Origin: Sedimentisphaerales bacterium
GTDB lineage: Bacteria; Planctomycetota; Phycisphaerae; Sedimentisphaerales; SM23-30
Length of the DNA stretch: 64,000 nt
Direction: 5' to 3'
Assembly: GCA_963663965.2 (NCBI GenBank)
Contig: CAXXFK010000033.1
Location: forward strand, 253,181-317,180
Numbering within the stretch: position 1 is the first letter of the stretch; each line of letters begins with the position of its first letter. Shown piece after piece: positions 40,860-51,574 of this stretch. Below the pieces are notes generated by a model. It made no database searches. It was not told the DNA's origin and was given only the letters and a program-made list of their open reading frames with translations. Position numbers and translations under genes: made by a program.

Positions 40860-41870
40860 ATGTCCGAAAAAATTGCCATCATTGGCGATGGGGCAATGGG
40901 CACAGTGTGTGCGATTACCCTGGCGAATAAAGGTTATCGTGTTTCCCTGTGGGGATACAACGATGAACAGATCCAATTTATTTGCGCAAATCGCGAGAAC
41001 AAGCGGTTTTTGCCGGGCTTTCGGATTCCTCTTTCAGTTGAAATTACTTCTGACGATCAATCTGTTTTTGAAAACGCCGGCATTATCCTGTCAGCGGTTC
41101 CTTGCGCGTTTATGCGTCAGGTCTGGACCCGGCTGAAACCCAATGTCCCTGACCATACTCCGGTTGTTTCAGTAACCAAAGGGATAGAAAACGAAACTTT
41201 ATACCGGCCTACCCAAATAATCAGTGAAATTGTAGGCGTTCGTCAGCTTGCGGTCTTTTCCGGTCCCAATATTGCTGATGAATTGGCACGGGCGTTACCG
41301 GCTTCTGCGACAGCTGCGAGTAAAGATCCGACTCTGGCCCGTCAAGTTCAGAAAATGATGAGTACAGGTTGGTTTCGGATCTATACCCATACGGATGTAA
41401 TTGGTGTCGAACTGGCTGGTGCGACCAAAAATGTGGTTGCCATTGCCGCGGGGATTATCGATGGCCTGCAGGCCGGCGATAACGCCAAGGCCGCCTTGTT
41501 AACCCGGGGTCTGGTAGAGATCAGCCGTCTGGGAGTTTCGATCGGGGCCAAACCTGAAACGTTTGCCGGATTGAGCGGAATGGGGGATTTGATTACCACC
41601 TGTATCAGCCCCAAAGGACGTAACCGAACTTTCGGTGAGATGATAGGCAGTGGAAAAACCGTTGAGGAGGCCCTGGATCTGATACCAGGACAAGTGGAAG
41701 GCGTCAATACCTGTCGCAGCCTGATTAAGCTGGCAGACAAGTATCAGGTGGAAATGCCTATCACACAAAGCGTTTATGAGGTTATTTTCGAGGCCAAACC
41801 GGTTCGGCAGGCGATCATCGAATTAATGACCAGGGAGTTAAAGTCTGAAGTGGTGGTTCAGGATGATTGA
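40860..41870 (+). CDS. gpsA: NAD(P)H-dependent glycerol-3-phosphate dehydrogenase
   Basis: GDGAMGT, TKGIE, SGPNIADE, GVELAGATKNVVAIAAG, GMGDLITTC.S..GRN. Confidence 0.95.
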   Translation: MSEKIAIIGDGAMGTVCAITLANKGYRVSLWGYNDEQIQFICANRENKRFLPGFRIPLSVEITSDDQSVFENAGIILSAVPCAFMRQVWTRLKPNVPDHTPVVSVTKGIENETLYRPTQIISEIVGVRQLAVFSGPNIADELARALPASATAASKDPTLARQVQKMMSTGWFRIYTHTDVIGVELAGATKNVVAIAAGIIDGLQAGDNAKAALLTRGLVEISRLGVSIGAKPETFAGLSGMGDLITTCISPKGRNRTFGEMIGSGKTVEEALDLIPGQVEGVNTCRSLIKLADKYQVEMPITQSVYEVIFEAKPVRQAIIELMTRELKSEVVVQDD

Positions 41871-41987
41871 CGCGAATGGATGGTTTGATTTAACGCGGAT
41901 TGAGAAATAATTAGGTACTGGAGTTGGGCAAGAGGGATGGATTGGGTGACAACGATCAACTGAAACCGTATAAACAGGGGAGATGTT

Positions 41988-42749
41988 ATGATCTATGAGT
42001 CTTTACGGGATCGCCGGGTTCTGGTGACGGGCGGCAGTAGCGGTATCGGGGCTGTTACGGCGGAATTGTTCGCCCGTCAGGGATGTTTTGTCGGGGTTCA
42101 TTATTTCCGGACGGAAACCGGAGGGCAGAAAACGCTCGATAATGTCAATCAATATTCCCGTGGATGTTTGCTCAAGGCAGATATGCGTAATGAAGATGCA
42201 GTGGGTGGTTTGATTGCAGCTTTTGTGGAACAGGCGGGGGGGCTCGATATTCTGGTTAATAACGCCGGTACCTTGATCGAAAGGGCTGATATTGAAACTA
42301 TGTCACTGGCTTTGTATGAAGATCTGTTTGCCACCAATACCCGTAGTGTGTTTCTGGCGACCCGGGCGGCCCTGCCCCATTTAAAAATGAGTCAGGGTTG
42401 TGTGATTAATGTTGGTTCGATCGCAGGACATACAGGCGGCGGGGGAGGGTCGGGGGTGTATGCTGCCGCCAAAGCCGCCGTGGCAACTCTGACGATTGCC
42501 ATGGCCCGTGAATTCGGTAAATATCGTATCCGGGTCAATTCGGTTTTACCGGGTTTAATCGAAACACGATTCCACGAACAATTCAGCACTCCGGAACGGC
42601 GCGCCAAAGTCGCAAAAGACACTCCTCTGGGTCGGAATGGCGCGGCGTTGGATGTCGCGCGCGCGATTGTGTTTCTGGCCAGTGATCAGGCAGAATTTAT
42701 TAATGGGGAATATCTGGCCGTTAACGGCGGACAATATATGCGGGCCTGA
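41988..42749 (+). CDS. Short-chain dehydrogenase/reductase
   Basis: VTGGSSGIG, LVNNAG, YAAAK, RVNSVLPG, INGEYLAVNGG. Confidence 0.92.
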   Translation: MIYESLRDRRVLVTGGSSGIGAVTAELFARQGCFVGVHYFRTETGGQKTLDNVNQYSRGCLLKADMRNEDAVGGLIAAFVEQAGGLDILVNNAGTLIERADIETMSLALYEDLFATNTRSVFLATRAALPHLKMSQGCVINVGSIAGHTGGGGGSGVYAAAKAAVATLTIAMAREFGKYRIRVNSVLPGLIETRFHEQFSTPERRAKVAKDTPLGRNGAALDVARAIVFLASDQAEFINGEYLAVNGGQYMRA

Positions 42750-42785
42750 TAGAGATTGATGATGGGCTGTTAAGTCCATCGCTTT

Positions 42786-44588
42786 TTAGAATAGCCCTTT
42801 GACTTTGCCGGTTTTGGTGTTGACATCGATGCGTCGATAGGCCGGATCGGAACCGGTTCCCGGCATCAGTTTGATATCACCCGCCACCGGTACCACAAAT
42901 CCTGCGCCGCGATAAAGCAGAAATTCCCTGACCGGTAAAATCCAATCGGTGGGCCGGCCTTTCTGGTCCGGATCGTGCGATAAACTTAAATGGGTTTTAA
43001 CCATGCATGTTCCCAGTTTGAGCATTTCCGGATCGGTGTCATATTTTTCCAGCCAGGCTAGGGCCGCGTCACTATAGCTTACCCCCTGGGCGCCATAAAT
43101 TTGCGTGGCAATGGTCTCGATCCGTTTAGAGATGGGCGTATCCAGATCATACAGATATTCGAATTCGTTGGTTTCACTACAGGCTCGCATGACCGTTTCA
43201 GCCAGTTCAATAGCGCCTTCACCGCCTTTGAGCCAGTGTTGAGATAACGCGGCATAAGCACCGTTCTCTTCAGAAATCTTTCGAACCAGTTGGATTTCAG
43301 CTTCGGTATCGGTATAGAAATGATTAATACAGACTACCGGACGGACGCCGCTGCGCTTGACGGTTTCAATATGAGCAATTAGATTGGCACACCCTTTTTT
43401 CAGTAATTCCAGATTCTCCCGGGTATAGGCGGCCTCCAGTGGTTTACCGGGTTTGACCGGCGGGCCGCCGCCGTGCATTTTCAGGGCGCGTATGGTGGCG
43501 ACAATGACCACGGCATCGGGTTTGAGTCCTGAAAATCGGCATTTCAGGTTCCAGAATTTTTCGAAGCCGATATCGGCGCCAAAACCGCTTTCCGTGACGA
43601 CATAGTCGGCCAGTTTCAGGGCAACCTGGTCGGCGATAATAGAGCTTTGTCCGATTGCGATATTGGCGAAAGGACCGGCATGGACCAGGACCGGTTGGCC
43701 TTCCACTGTCTGCATCAGGTTGGGCTTCAGCGCTTCTACCAGCCAGGCCGTCATGGCGCCATCTACCTCCAGATCACCGGCAGTAACTTCGTTTCCCTTT
43801 TTATCCAGCGCCAAGACCATCTTGCCAATACGTTGGCGCATATCTGCCAAAGAGGTCGAAACCGCCAGGATCGCCATGAGTTCACTGGCGACTGAAATGG
43901 CAAAACCCGATTCCATTTCGAAACCATCCATTTTCCCGCCTTTTCCAATGGTTATATTTCTTAACGCCTGTGCACAGAAGTCGATCGCCCATTTTACCTG
44001 TACCCTTTGGGGGTCGATATCCAACCGGCGTAAGCCGCGTTGGGCCAGGGTTTCATCGTCATAATTATTTTCATGCTGCATCCGGGCGGTCAGCGCCACC
44101 ATGCCCAGATTGTGGGCATTCGTCAGTTTATCGATATCGCCAGTCAATCCCAGGGACAGGGGTGTCAGCGGAATGCATTGGGCCAGACCGCCTCCTGAAG
44201 CGGAGCCTTTGATATTAAAGGTTGGGCCGCCGCTGGGTTGGCGTACTGTACCAATAACGGATTGCCCCAACGCGCCCAAACCTTCCACCAAACCCATGGT
44301 CGTCGTCGTTTTCCCCTCACCCAACGGCGTTGGGGTAATGGCAGTGATATCGACATATTTGCCATTTTTTCGGCCTGCCAGGCGCTCTGTTATTTTTTTA
44401 TAATCGAGTTTGGCCAGATAATGACCAAATGGGATGATCTCTTCCGTTTCCAATCCAAGCGCTTCGCCCAGTTGCCAGACAGTTTTCATTGAACTTTCGG
44501 CCGCTTCGGCAATTTCCCAGTCGGACATTTTGGTCGGATCCAGTTTTTGCTTGGTCTTATTGCAATTTACCGGTTGAGCGGTCGTCAT
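42786..44588 (-). CDS. fhs: Formate--tetrahydrofolate ligase
   Basis: [51 protein letters not shown] at 44588 follows AAGGAG. Confidence 0.95.
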   Translation of the reverse strand: MTTAQPVNCNKTKQKLDPTKMSDWEIAEAAESSMKTVWQLGEALGLETEEIIPFGHYLAKLDYKKITERLAGRKNGKYVDITAITPTPLGEGKTTTTMGLVEGLGALGQSVIGTVRQPSGGPTFNIKGSASGGGLAQCIPLTPLSLGLTGDIDKLTNAHNLGMVALTARMQHENNYDDETLAQRGLRRLDIDPQRVQVKWAIDFCAQALRNITIGKGGKMDGFEMESGFAISVASELMAILAVSTSLADMRQRIGKMVLALDKKGNEVTAGDLEVDGAMTAWLVEALKPNLMQTVEGQPVLVHAGPFANIAIGQSSIIADQVALKLADYVVTESGFGADIGFEKFWNLKCRFSGLKPDAVVIVATIRALKMHGGGPPVKPGKPLEAAYTRENLELLKKGCANLIAHIETVKRSGVRPVVCINHFYTDTEAEIQLVRKISEENGAYAALSQHWLKGGEGAIELAETVMRACSETNEFEYLYDLDTPISKRIETIATQIYGAQGVSYSDAALAWLEKYDTDPEMLKLGTCMVKTHLSLSHDPDQKGRPTDWILPVREFLLYRGAGFVVPVAGDIKLMPGTGSDPAYRRIDVNTKTGKVKGLF

Positions 44589-44707
44589 GACGATTCTCCT
44601 TTGGGTTTCAAAGTATTTGAGATCCATGGTTCATGATCGTGATACAGGTTGATGCCAACTTGATGCTATTTCCAGTTGGATCGGTTCGCCGATACAAAAC
44701 TAAAATA

Positions 44708-46924
44708 CTACCATACTATGCTGACGGTCTGTTTCTGATCAATTTTCGGTGACTCGAAGAATAGCGTTTTGCTCTTGGGATGCCAGGTATAATTAGTGAA
44801 TACCTGGTTATCAATAATCATTTTTTGGGGTTCTTCCGGCAAACGGATCCGGGAGACAATGGGAACCCCTTCGGTACCAGTCAGTTCGAATTCAACGCCG
44901 TTATCGATTGCTTTCCAGGTTTCGAATCTTGCTGCTGAAGCGATGGGTTCAGCCTGATTTTTTGAGAGTTTGTTCAGATCCATCAGCCAGGCGCGTTGTC
45001 CGGGTTTAAGAGTGACTTTTTCTAAAACGCTCAGTCTGGCGTCAAAAATATCCACGAACAAGCCATTTAACTCAAAATCCCGGTTGTTAATGGATTCTTC
45101 CAGACAGGCGGCAATTATATATGGCCCACGATTCAGACACAGAAAATTATGTTCCTTATAATTAAGTCCGGCGGTATCGGCGGCACGACGAATCGTGGCC
45201 AGATACTCCCCGGCCGCTTTTTCCGAGCGGGTATAATAGGCGGGATGTTTTCTCTCCACAAAGATATGACCTTTACCATAGGTATATTCACCATTTTTAG
45301 TTGTCCGGCTCAGGCCCATCGATTCAAACAGATGCTCAGCCGGCGACGCATAGATGTTTTCGCCGCTGTTCCACCAGTGTGACACCTGGTTGAATGGATC
45401 GGTATCCGCGCCCACATAAACGAGTGTGCCCCCATTGGACACCCATCCGGCCACTGCCTGATTAATGGCTGGTACCTGTGGTTTCATAAATTCATAACTC
45501 AAAACCAATACCTTATAATCACTCAGGTAATTCGCAAACCGGATGGTATTATCCAGTTGCACCGGCTGTACTGGAATTCCGTGTTTTACCAGCGGCAGAC
45601 TCATGCCGTAAAACGCGGAAAAATGGCGGATATCCGATGCTTCGGCCCGGGTGGGATCCTCTCCATTGGGTGCCGCCAGTCTGAACGCCGGTTCCGCCCG
45701 CTGGAACATCCCGGAATCCGCAATCAGTACACCGATACCATGGGTCTCATTTACCCATTCAACTTCCGATTGTTTCATATCCCGGAATTGATTGAAGACC
45801 GTACAGAGGATGGTGGCATAGTCCGCGGGTATCCCGGTCGCGTTGGGGGAGTTGGCCGGATATTTTCCATTCATTACCCGTGATGGCCAGGGGCAGATTT
45901 CATAATGCCACACCTTCGGATGCAGTAAAGAGGCAATCAGTGTGGCCTTATAGTTATATCGATAGTCATCCCAGTCATGGCGGGGGTTGTCTTCGATCGG
46001 ATCGTTTAAAAACCACATTCGCCGGTTGGTATTACGTACCAGTTCCTGCATCACTCCATATTCCAGAAATGCGGTCTCGAATGTCCGCTCCATCCGTTTC
46101 CCCTGATAGACATTTTCTGTTCTCGAGGTTCCGGTCCAGACCTGCGCGATGCATCCGTCAATGACATCCGAATCGATCAGGGATGATTGCGGCGACACAA
46201 TATTCCAGTGGGTATAATTAACCAGGCTATGGGTCGGCACATACAATCTGACCTTGCGATTGTATTTCTGTAAGGCATATTCTTTGCAGGCTTCCGCGAC
46301 CCGGCGCAGGGTGCGGCTGTAAAGATAATATTTTAACCGACTGGCTTTATACTGGGCATCCGGCGAAACATCCGGGCGAACAAATGGCTCATCATAATAT
46401 AGCTGCCATTCGCTTTCAAACGCTTTGGAAAATCCGGTATAGGCCCAGAACTCCGGTTCTTCCAGATGAATGGCTACCACGCCGGCGTCGATGATCGGCT
46501 TCAGTTTCTCGGTCATATAATCGGCGAATTCAATGGAAGGAACAATGTATGGGGTTAAATGCCCATGCCCTTTCTCGGCTCCGCTGGCTTCAACCTGAAT
46601 CAGGGACATGACCCCGTTGCCCTTGAGATCCTTGAAATCCGCATAACGGCCCCAGGCAATCCCCGTCATTAAATGGGGTACATAATCTTTATCAACCCAG
46701 GATTGAAGATATTCCGGCAGCCTGGGGTTATCCGCTCCATAGACCATGGCGAAATCATTACGGAAGTCACAACCCGCACTATACGGCCGGACATCCTGAA
46801 AACCGGTCAATTCCAGGCTGCGGTCAGTTACCAGTCTTACTGAATGTTCACCGTCAGCAGTCACAACGGCCCAAACTGACATAATAAAAAAAACAACCAG
46901 CATAAATCCATTTATCCGTTTCAT
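44708..46924 (-). CDS. Secreted hypothetical protein, possibly glycoside-hydrolase-like (TIM barrel plus class I GATase-like domain)
   Basis: 738-aa ORF with signal peptide and AAGGA RBS; IHLEEPEFW; YKVLVLSY...WVSNGGTLVYVG resembles GH42-type trimerisation domains. Confidence 0.55.
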   Translation of the reverse strand: MKRINGFMLVVFFIMSVWAVVTADGEHSVRLVTDRSLELTGFQDVRPYSAGCDFRNDFAMVYGADNPRLPEYLQSWVDKDYVPHLMTGIAWGRYADFKDLKGNGVMSLIQVEASGAEKGHGHLTPYIVPSIEFADYMTEKLKPIIDAGVVAIHLEEPEFWAYTGFSKAFESEWQLYYDEPFVRPDVSPDAQYKASRLKYYLYSRTLRRVAEACKEYALQKYNRKVRLYVPTHSLVNYTHWNIVSPQSSLIDSDVIDGCIAQVWTGTSRTENVYQGKRMERTFETAFLEYGVMQELVRNTNRRMWFLNDPIEDNPRHDWDDYRYNYKATLIASLLHPKVWHYEICPWPSRVMNGKYPANSPNATGIPADYATILCTVFNQFRDMKQSEVEWVNETHGIGVLIADSGMFQRAEPAFRLAAPNGEDPTRAEASDIRHFSAFYGMSLPLVKHGIPVQPVQLDNTIRFANYLSDYKVLVLSYEFMKPQVPAINQAVAGWVSNGGTLVYVGADTDPFNQVSHWWNSGENIYASPAEHLFESMGLSRTTKNGEYTYGKGHIFVERKHPAYYTRSEKAAGEYLATIRRAADTAGLNYKEHNFLCLNRGPYIIAACLEESINNRDFELNGLFVDIFDARLSVLEKVTLKPGQRAWLMDLNKLSKNQAEPIASAARFETWKAIDNGVEFELTGTEGVPIVSRIRLPEEPQKMIIDNQVFTNYTWHPKSKTLFFESPKIDQKQTVSIVW

Positions 46925-47056
46925 TTCATTTCCTTACAGTTGAATACTTGATAAACTGATTTTATCCATAAAATCGTTTAGATAAACTAGTTACAATTAC
47001 GGAATCTAAAGTTTATCAGACAATAGCTGATAAACCATATAGTAGCAATCTGATTT

Positions 47057-47072
47057 TGTGATTATCGTCACA
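47057..47072. promoter_or_regulatory. CRP-type operator TGTGA-N6-TCACA
   Basis: TGTGA-TTATCG-TCACA with A/T flanks, between a divergent secreted gene and a Crp/Fnr regulator. Confidence 0.75.
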
Positions 47073-47138
47073 AATGTCTGGATTGTTCTGCATATTAAGT
47101 ATTTACGTTCATATTACAGCATGCTAGAATGAGATAGC

Positions 47139-47849
47139 ATGATCCGGAAGAAGCTCACAACTGAACATATAGAAGAATTTATCCGGCATCTCAGGGTATT
47201 TGAGTTGCTGGATTCCGGCTATATTGCTCAATTAGCGCGGTTGGTCAAGGTTAGGCAATATAACAAAGGTGAGATTTTATGGTTGCAGGGTCAGCAGGTG
47301 GAAGAATTCAGTATCGTTTACAAGGGACGTTTGCGATCGGTGAGGGGGTCGGTTAGCGGCAGCGAAAAGCTCGTAGCGATGTTGCCCGTCGGCTATCATT
47401 TTGGTCTGGCTGAAATGGTAACCTCTGCGGTAAGTGCCGTTACTCTGCTGGCAGACACGGATAGCATTATTTTGCAAATTGACAATAAGTCATTGGAAAA
47501 TATGTTGTTAAGTAATGCTGATATCTGTTATGCTTTTATGCAGACGATGGCGCGAACCATCTTTGCATTGACCCAGGAGTTGGAAAGGGCCAGTTTTGAA
47601 ACGGTTCAAACCCGACTGGCGCGGCTTCTGCTACGAACCTGTCCGGATCAACGTCATTCCACGGATCCGGATTATCGGTCACCCACCCATATTCAGCTTG
47701 CCATGAGGCTTGGAGTCAGCCGGGAAACCATAACACGGGTGTTGGCTGATTTTAAGAAAAAGAAACTCATTGATACGGCTTACCGCAGTATTATCATTCT
47801 CGATCGTGACAGGTTGATGGAATTGATCGAAGATTTTGATCAGTGGTAA
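47139..47849 (+). CDS. Crp/Fnr-family transcriptional regulator
   Basis: cNMP-binding fold (KGEILWLQG, GYHFGLAEM); HTH THIQLAMRLGVSRETITRVL. Confidence 0.92.
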   Translation: MIRKKLTTEHIEEFIRHLRVFELLDSGYIAQLARLVKVRQYNKGEILWLQGQQVEEFSIVYKGRLRSVRGSVSGSEKLVAMLPVGYHFGLAEMVTSAVSAVTLLADTDSIILQIDNKSLENMLLSNADICYAFMQTMARTIFALTQELERASFETVQTRLARLLLRTCPDQRHSTDPDYRSPTHIQLAMRLGVSRETITRVLADFKKKKLIDTAYRSIIILDRDRLMELIEDFDQW

Positions 47850-48415
47850 CTTGTCTGGGTGGACCAGATAACTTTTTAAGACATTTCCTGTCGGGAAATT
47901 TCTGCTTATAAATAATAAGCCATTTCCAGTCTGGAATATTCTTTTTGTTGAAATTCAGTAGTATAAGGTCCAATAATTAATGACAGTCATCAAGTTCAAA
48001 TTTTTTTTGATGAACCGGTGAATTGTGGAAATAAATGTTTGAATTTAACTTTATATAAACAAATAAATTATAGAATAAAATCGAAATGGCGACAAACGTG
48101 TTGTGAAATAAGTAACGGTATTTTTAAATTTATTAAAATTGCTATTGCCTCATGATGAGACCTGCTTTATAGTATTGAAAATCAGTTTGAATTAACTGAT
48201 TGAATAACACTGGCTGCTTATAATCAGCATAATCGCTGCAAAGTAATGGATTACGATATGTTGAAAAAAAAGGACATATTACCTGTTTTAACTAAATTAA
48301 TACACGGTTGGTTGTCGAGTGATATAGCAACGATAAATCGTTCTGGAAGACGGTTTGGACTTACCGCCGTCGTTCCTGCCAGATAGATCCTGAAATATGA
48401 ATTGTTTGATGGAGA

Positions 48416-49045
48416 GTGAATATGGCCGACACAATTGAATCATTTGTCTCCCAACTCAAGACGGATGGCATCGAAGCAGGTCGTCAACAGGCAGATGAAA
48501 TCCGAAAGGCGGCACAGCAGGAAGCGGATCGGATCATCGCTGATGCAAAAGCGGCGTCCGATAAAATGATTGCCGACGCTAAGACGGAAGCCGGCAATAT
48601 TGTCGCGCGCGGCAAAACCGAACTGGAACTGGCTGCTCGCGATGCCGTTCTGAAACTCCGTGAAGCCCTGGGACGCGGATTGCAGGCCATTGTCGCCGGT
48701 CCGGTGGTCGACACATTGAATGATGCCGATTTCCTGAGAGATATCATCCAGGAAATCGTCATGAAGTATGTTGACGCGGAAATTGCCAGTAAAGGCACCG
48801 TTAAGGTCGATCTGACACCTGAAATGCACAAAAAGCTGGCCGACTGGGCGATTAAATTTATCCAGAAACATATCCGTTCCGGAGTTCATCTGGACATGAA
48901 AGAAACGCTGCATCAGGCAGGCTTTGAATACAGTCTGGGGGATTCGACGGTCGAGATTACCGCTGACAGCATTGTCTCGGTTTTAATGGATATGGTGGGC
49001 CCCAGCCTGAAAGACGTGTTAACCACCGCCATGGCGAAAGCGTAA
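48416..49045 (+). CDS. ntpE: V/A-type ATP synthase subunit E
   Basis: LKTDGIEAGRQQADEI..A..EA..IIADAK helical N-terminus, ELAARD, AGF; first gene of the operon (start 48416 or 48422). Confidence 0.8.
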   Translation: MNMADTIESFVSQLKTDGIEAGRQQADEIRKAAQQEADRIIADAKAASDKMIADAKTEAGNIVARGKTELELAARDAVLKLREALGRGLQAIVAGPVVDTLNDADFLRDIIQEIVMKYVDAEIASKGTVKVDLTPEMHKKLADWAIKFIQKHIRSGVHLDMKETLHQAGFEYSLGDSTVEITADSIVSVLMDMVGPSLKDVLTTAMAKA

Positions 49046-49057
49046 GCAGGTAGTATT

Positions 49058-49753
49058 ATGGCAGGTCGAAATTATTATTTACTGTCATTTCTTCCCGGAT
49101 TGGATGATCTGGGGTCTGCTCCGCCCATGAGCCCGTCCGAAATGCTGGGGTGTGTGGGGGAGAGTGATCAGACTTTAAAAGAGTTGCTCGAAATTCTTTT
49201 CTTGAGCGATGATATCATGCAATACCAGGCGGTTCAAGCCGGCGAAATTGAAGAGCCGGTCACAACCGTGTTGACCTCAATGCAGATCAATGGTCAAGAG
49301 CCACTGCCGGAATGGTTGCTCGTCGAATCGCACGAATCCAGGTCTACATATGACCGGGGTTGGGAGAACTTTTTTTACTTTGCGGATCGGCTCGCGCGCC
49401 GTTCCGGCAGTGTTTTTCTGCAACGTTGGGTTGCGTTCGAAGTGTCCTTGCGCAACGCGCTGGTTGAAGCCCGCGCCAAGGCTTTGAATCTGGAGGCGAC
49501 GGAATATGTCATTGCCGCCGATTTGACCGGCGATGTTGATCTGACCGCAATCATTAATGAATGGACGGCCGCGGCCAACCCCATGCAGGGATTGCGTGTT
49601 CTGGATGAAGCGCGCTGGAATTGGATCGCGCAAAATGAGCGCTATTTCAGTTTTGATAACGATGAGTTGCTAGCCTGGGCCACCCGCCTGATGCTCCTGC
49701 AACGCTGGCATCGTCTGGGTGCCAAAGGGCAGGCCGCGCCGGCTGGCGCCTGA
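49058..49753 (+). CDS. DUF2764 family protein (V-ATPase subunit C-like)
   Basis: YYLLSFLP.L, FL..WVAFE..LRNAL...RA, LDEARW, YFSFD, LLQRW; sits between E and A. Confidence 0.75.
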   Translation: MAGRNYYLLSFLPGLDDLGSAPPMSPSEMLGCVGESDQTLKELLEILFLSDDIMQYQAVQAGEIEEPVTTVLTSMQINGQEPLPEWLLVESHESRSTYDRGWENFFYFADRLARRSGSVFLQRWVAFEVSLRNALVEARAKALNLEATEYVIAADLTGDVDLTAIINEWTAAANPMQGLRVLDEARWNWIAQNERYFSFDNDELLAWATRLMLLQRWHRLGAKGQAAPAGA

Positions 49754-49794
49754 TTTATAAATGTCGATATGAACCTTTTTGAGAGGGACAGCCA

Positions 49795-51519
49795 GTGAAT
49801 GGTAGAATAGTAGCTGTATCCGGAAACCTGGTAATTGTCGAAACCGCCGGGCGAGTTGTACAGAACTCGACGGGCTATTGCCTGCGTCAGGATGGCGCCC
49901 GGCTGCTGAGCGAAGTGATTCGTGTACGCGGTCGCGTCGCTGATTTACAGGTATTCGAAGAGACGCGCGGCTTGCGCGTGGGTGATCCGGTAGAATTTCG
50001 GGAAGACATGTTGTCCGTTACCCTGGGACCGGGTCTGCTGGGTCAGATATACGATGGTTTGCAGAATCCTTTGCCGCAGTTGGCCGAAAAGATCGGTTTC
50101 TTCCTGAAGCCGGGAAATTACCTGCCGGGTCTCGAAACCACTCCCGAATGGGACTATACGCCCGTTGCCAAAGTCGGTGATGTCGTGACGGCCGGCGATA
50201 CGATCGGCACGGTACCTGAAGGAATTTTCACTCACCGGATTATGGCGCCATTCGGCTTAAAAGGCCAGTGGACAATTGATCGTGTCGCTGATCCGGGTTC
50301 TTATACGGTGGAAAAGGAAGTGGCTGTTCTCAAGAACAAAGACGGTCAGACCCTCTCCGTCACCATGCAGCAGAACTGGCCGGTCAAACGCGCCTTGAAT
50401 GTCTGTAAACAGCGCCTCATGCCGGTCGTGCCGATGGTCACTCAGCAGCGTATCATCGATACCATGTTCCCGGTTGTGCTGGGCGGTACTTTCTGTGTGC
50501 CGGGTCCGTTTGGCGCCGGTAAAACAGTTTTGCAGCAGATGATCTCGCGTTATGCCCAGGTGGATATCGTGATTGTGGCGGCTTGCGGCGAACGCGCCGG
50601 TGAAGTGGTCGAGACGTTGCGTGAGTTCCCCGAACTGACCGACCCGCGTACCGGCAAGGCCCTGATGGAACGAACCATTATTATCTGTAATACCTCGGCG
50701 ATGCCTGTGGCGGCTCGTGAAGCGTCGGTTTATACTGCTGCTACCCTCGGCGAATACTATCGCCAGATGGGACTCAATGTCCTGTTGCTGGCCGATTCCA
50801 CTTCCCGCTGGGCTCAGGCCATGCGTGAAGTGTCCGGCCGTCTCGAAGAAATTCCGGGCGAAGAAGCCTTCCCGGCCTATCTGGAAAGCCGTATTGCCAA
50901 CTTCTATGAACGCGCCGCGATTGTCGAATTAAAGTCCGGCGAAAAAGGCTCGCTGACCATTGGTGGTACTGTCAGTCCCGCCGGCGGTAACTTCGAAGAG
51001 CCCGTGACTCAGGGTACCCTCAAAGTGGTCGGTGCTTTCCACGGCCTCAGCCGCGCCCGGTCCGATGCCCGTCGATTCCCGGCGATCGATCCGCTCGATT
51101 CCTGGAGTAAATACAAAGGCATTATCGAGATGGAAAAATGTACGCTGGCGCAAAGTATTCTCCGTCGTGGTAACGAAATCAAACAGATGATGACCGTGGT
51201 GGGTGAAGAAGGCACTTCGCCGTCTGACTTTACCGTCATGCTCAAGGCCGAATTTTTCGATAACGTCTATCTCCAGCAAAACGCTTTCGATGCCGTGGAT
51301 GCCGCCGCTTCAGCCGACCGGCAAAAATTTGTTTTCGACAAGGTCCTCCAGGTCATGACCCTTGATTTCGGTTTTGATGATAAAGACTTCGCCCGTCGAA
51401 CCATGGTTCACTGCACCGATTTGTTCCGCAACTGGAACTACGCCGCGCCTGATAGTGATGAATACCAGAAAATCCTCGCCGACATCGAATCCTTCATCGA
51501 GAAAAAAGGGCGAGTGTAA
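49795..51519 (+). CDS. ntpA: V/A-type ATP synthase subunit A
   Basis: LGPGLLGQIYDGLQNPL, Walker A PGPFGAGKTV, CGERAGE, ADSTSRWAQA, EEAFPAYL. Confidence 0.96.
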   Translation: MNGRIVAVSGNLVIVETAGRVVQNSTGYCLRQDGARLLSEVIRVRGRVADLQVFEETRGLRVGDPVEFREDMLSVTLGPGLLGQIYDGLQNPLPQLAEKIGFFLKPGNYLPGLETTPEWDYTPVAKVGDVVTAGDTIGTVPEGIFTHRIMAPFGLKGQWTIDRVADPGSYTVEKEVAVLKNKDGQTLSVTMQQNWPVKRALNVCKQRLMPVVPMVTQQRIIDTMFPVVLGGTFCVPGPFGAGKTVLQQMISRYAQVDIVIVAACGERAGEVVETLREFPELTDPRTGKALMERTIIICNTSAMPVAAREASVYTAATLGEYYRQMGLNVLLLADSTSRWAQAMREVSGRLEEIPGEEAFPAYLESRIANFYERAAIVELKSGEKGSLTIGGTVSPAGGNFEEPVTQGTLKVVGAFHGLSRARSDARRFPAIDPLDSWSKYKGIIEMEKCTLAQSILRRGNEIKQMMTVVGEEGTSPSDFTVMLKAEFFDNVYLQQNAFDAVDAAASADRQKFVFDKVLQVMTLDFGFDDKDFARRTMVHCTDLFRNWNYAAPDSDEYQKILADIESFIEKKGRV

Positions 51520-51574
51520 CTAACAGATAAAATAGGCAATGCTAACCAAGCATGATACTTTGATTTAAGGGATT

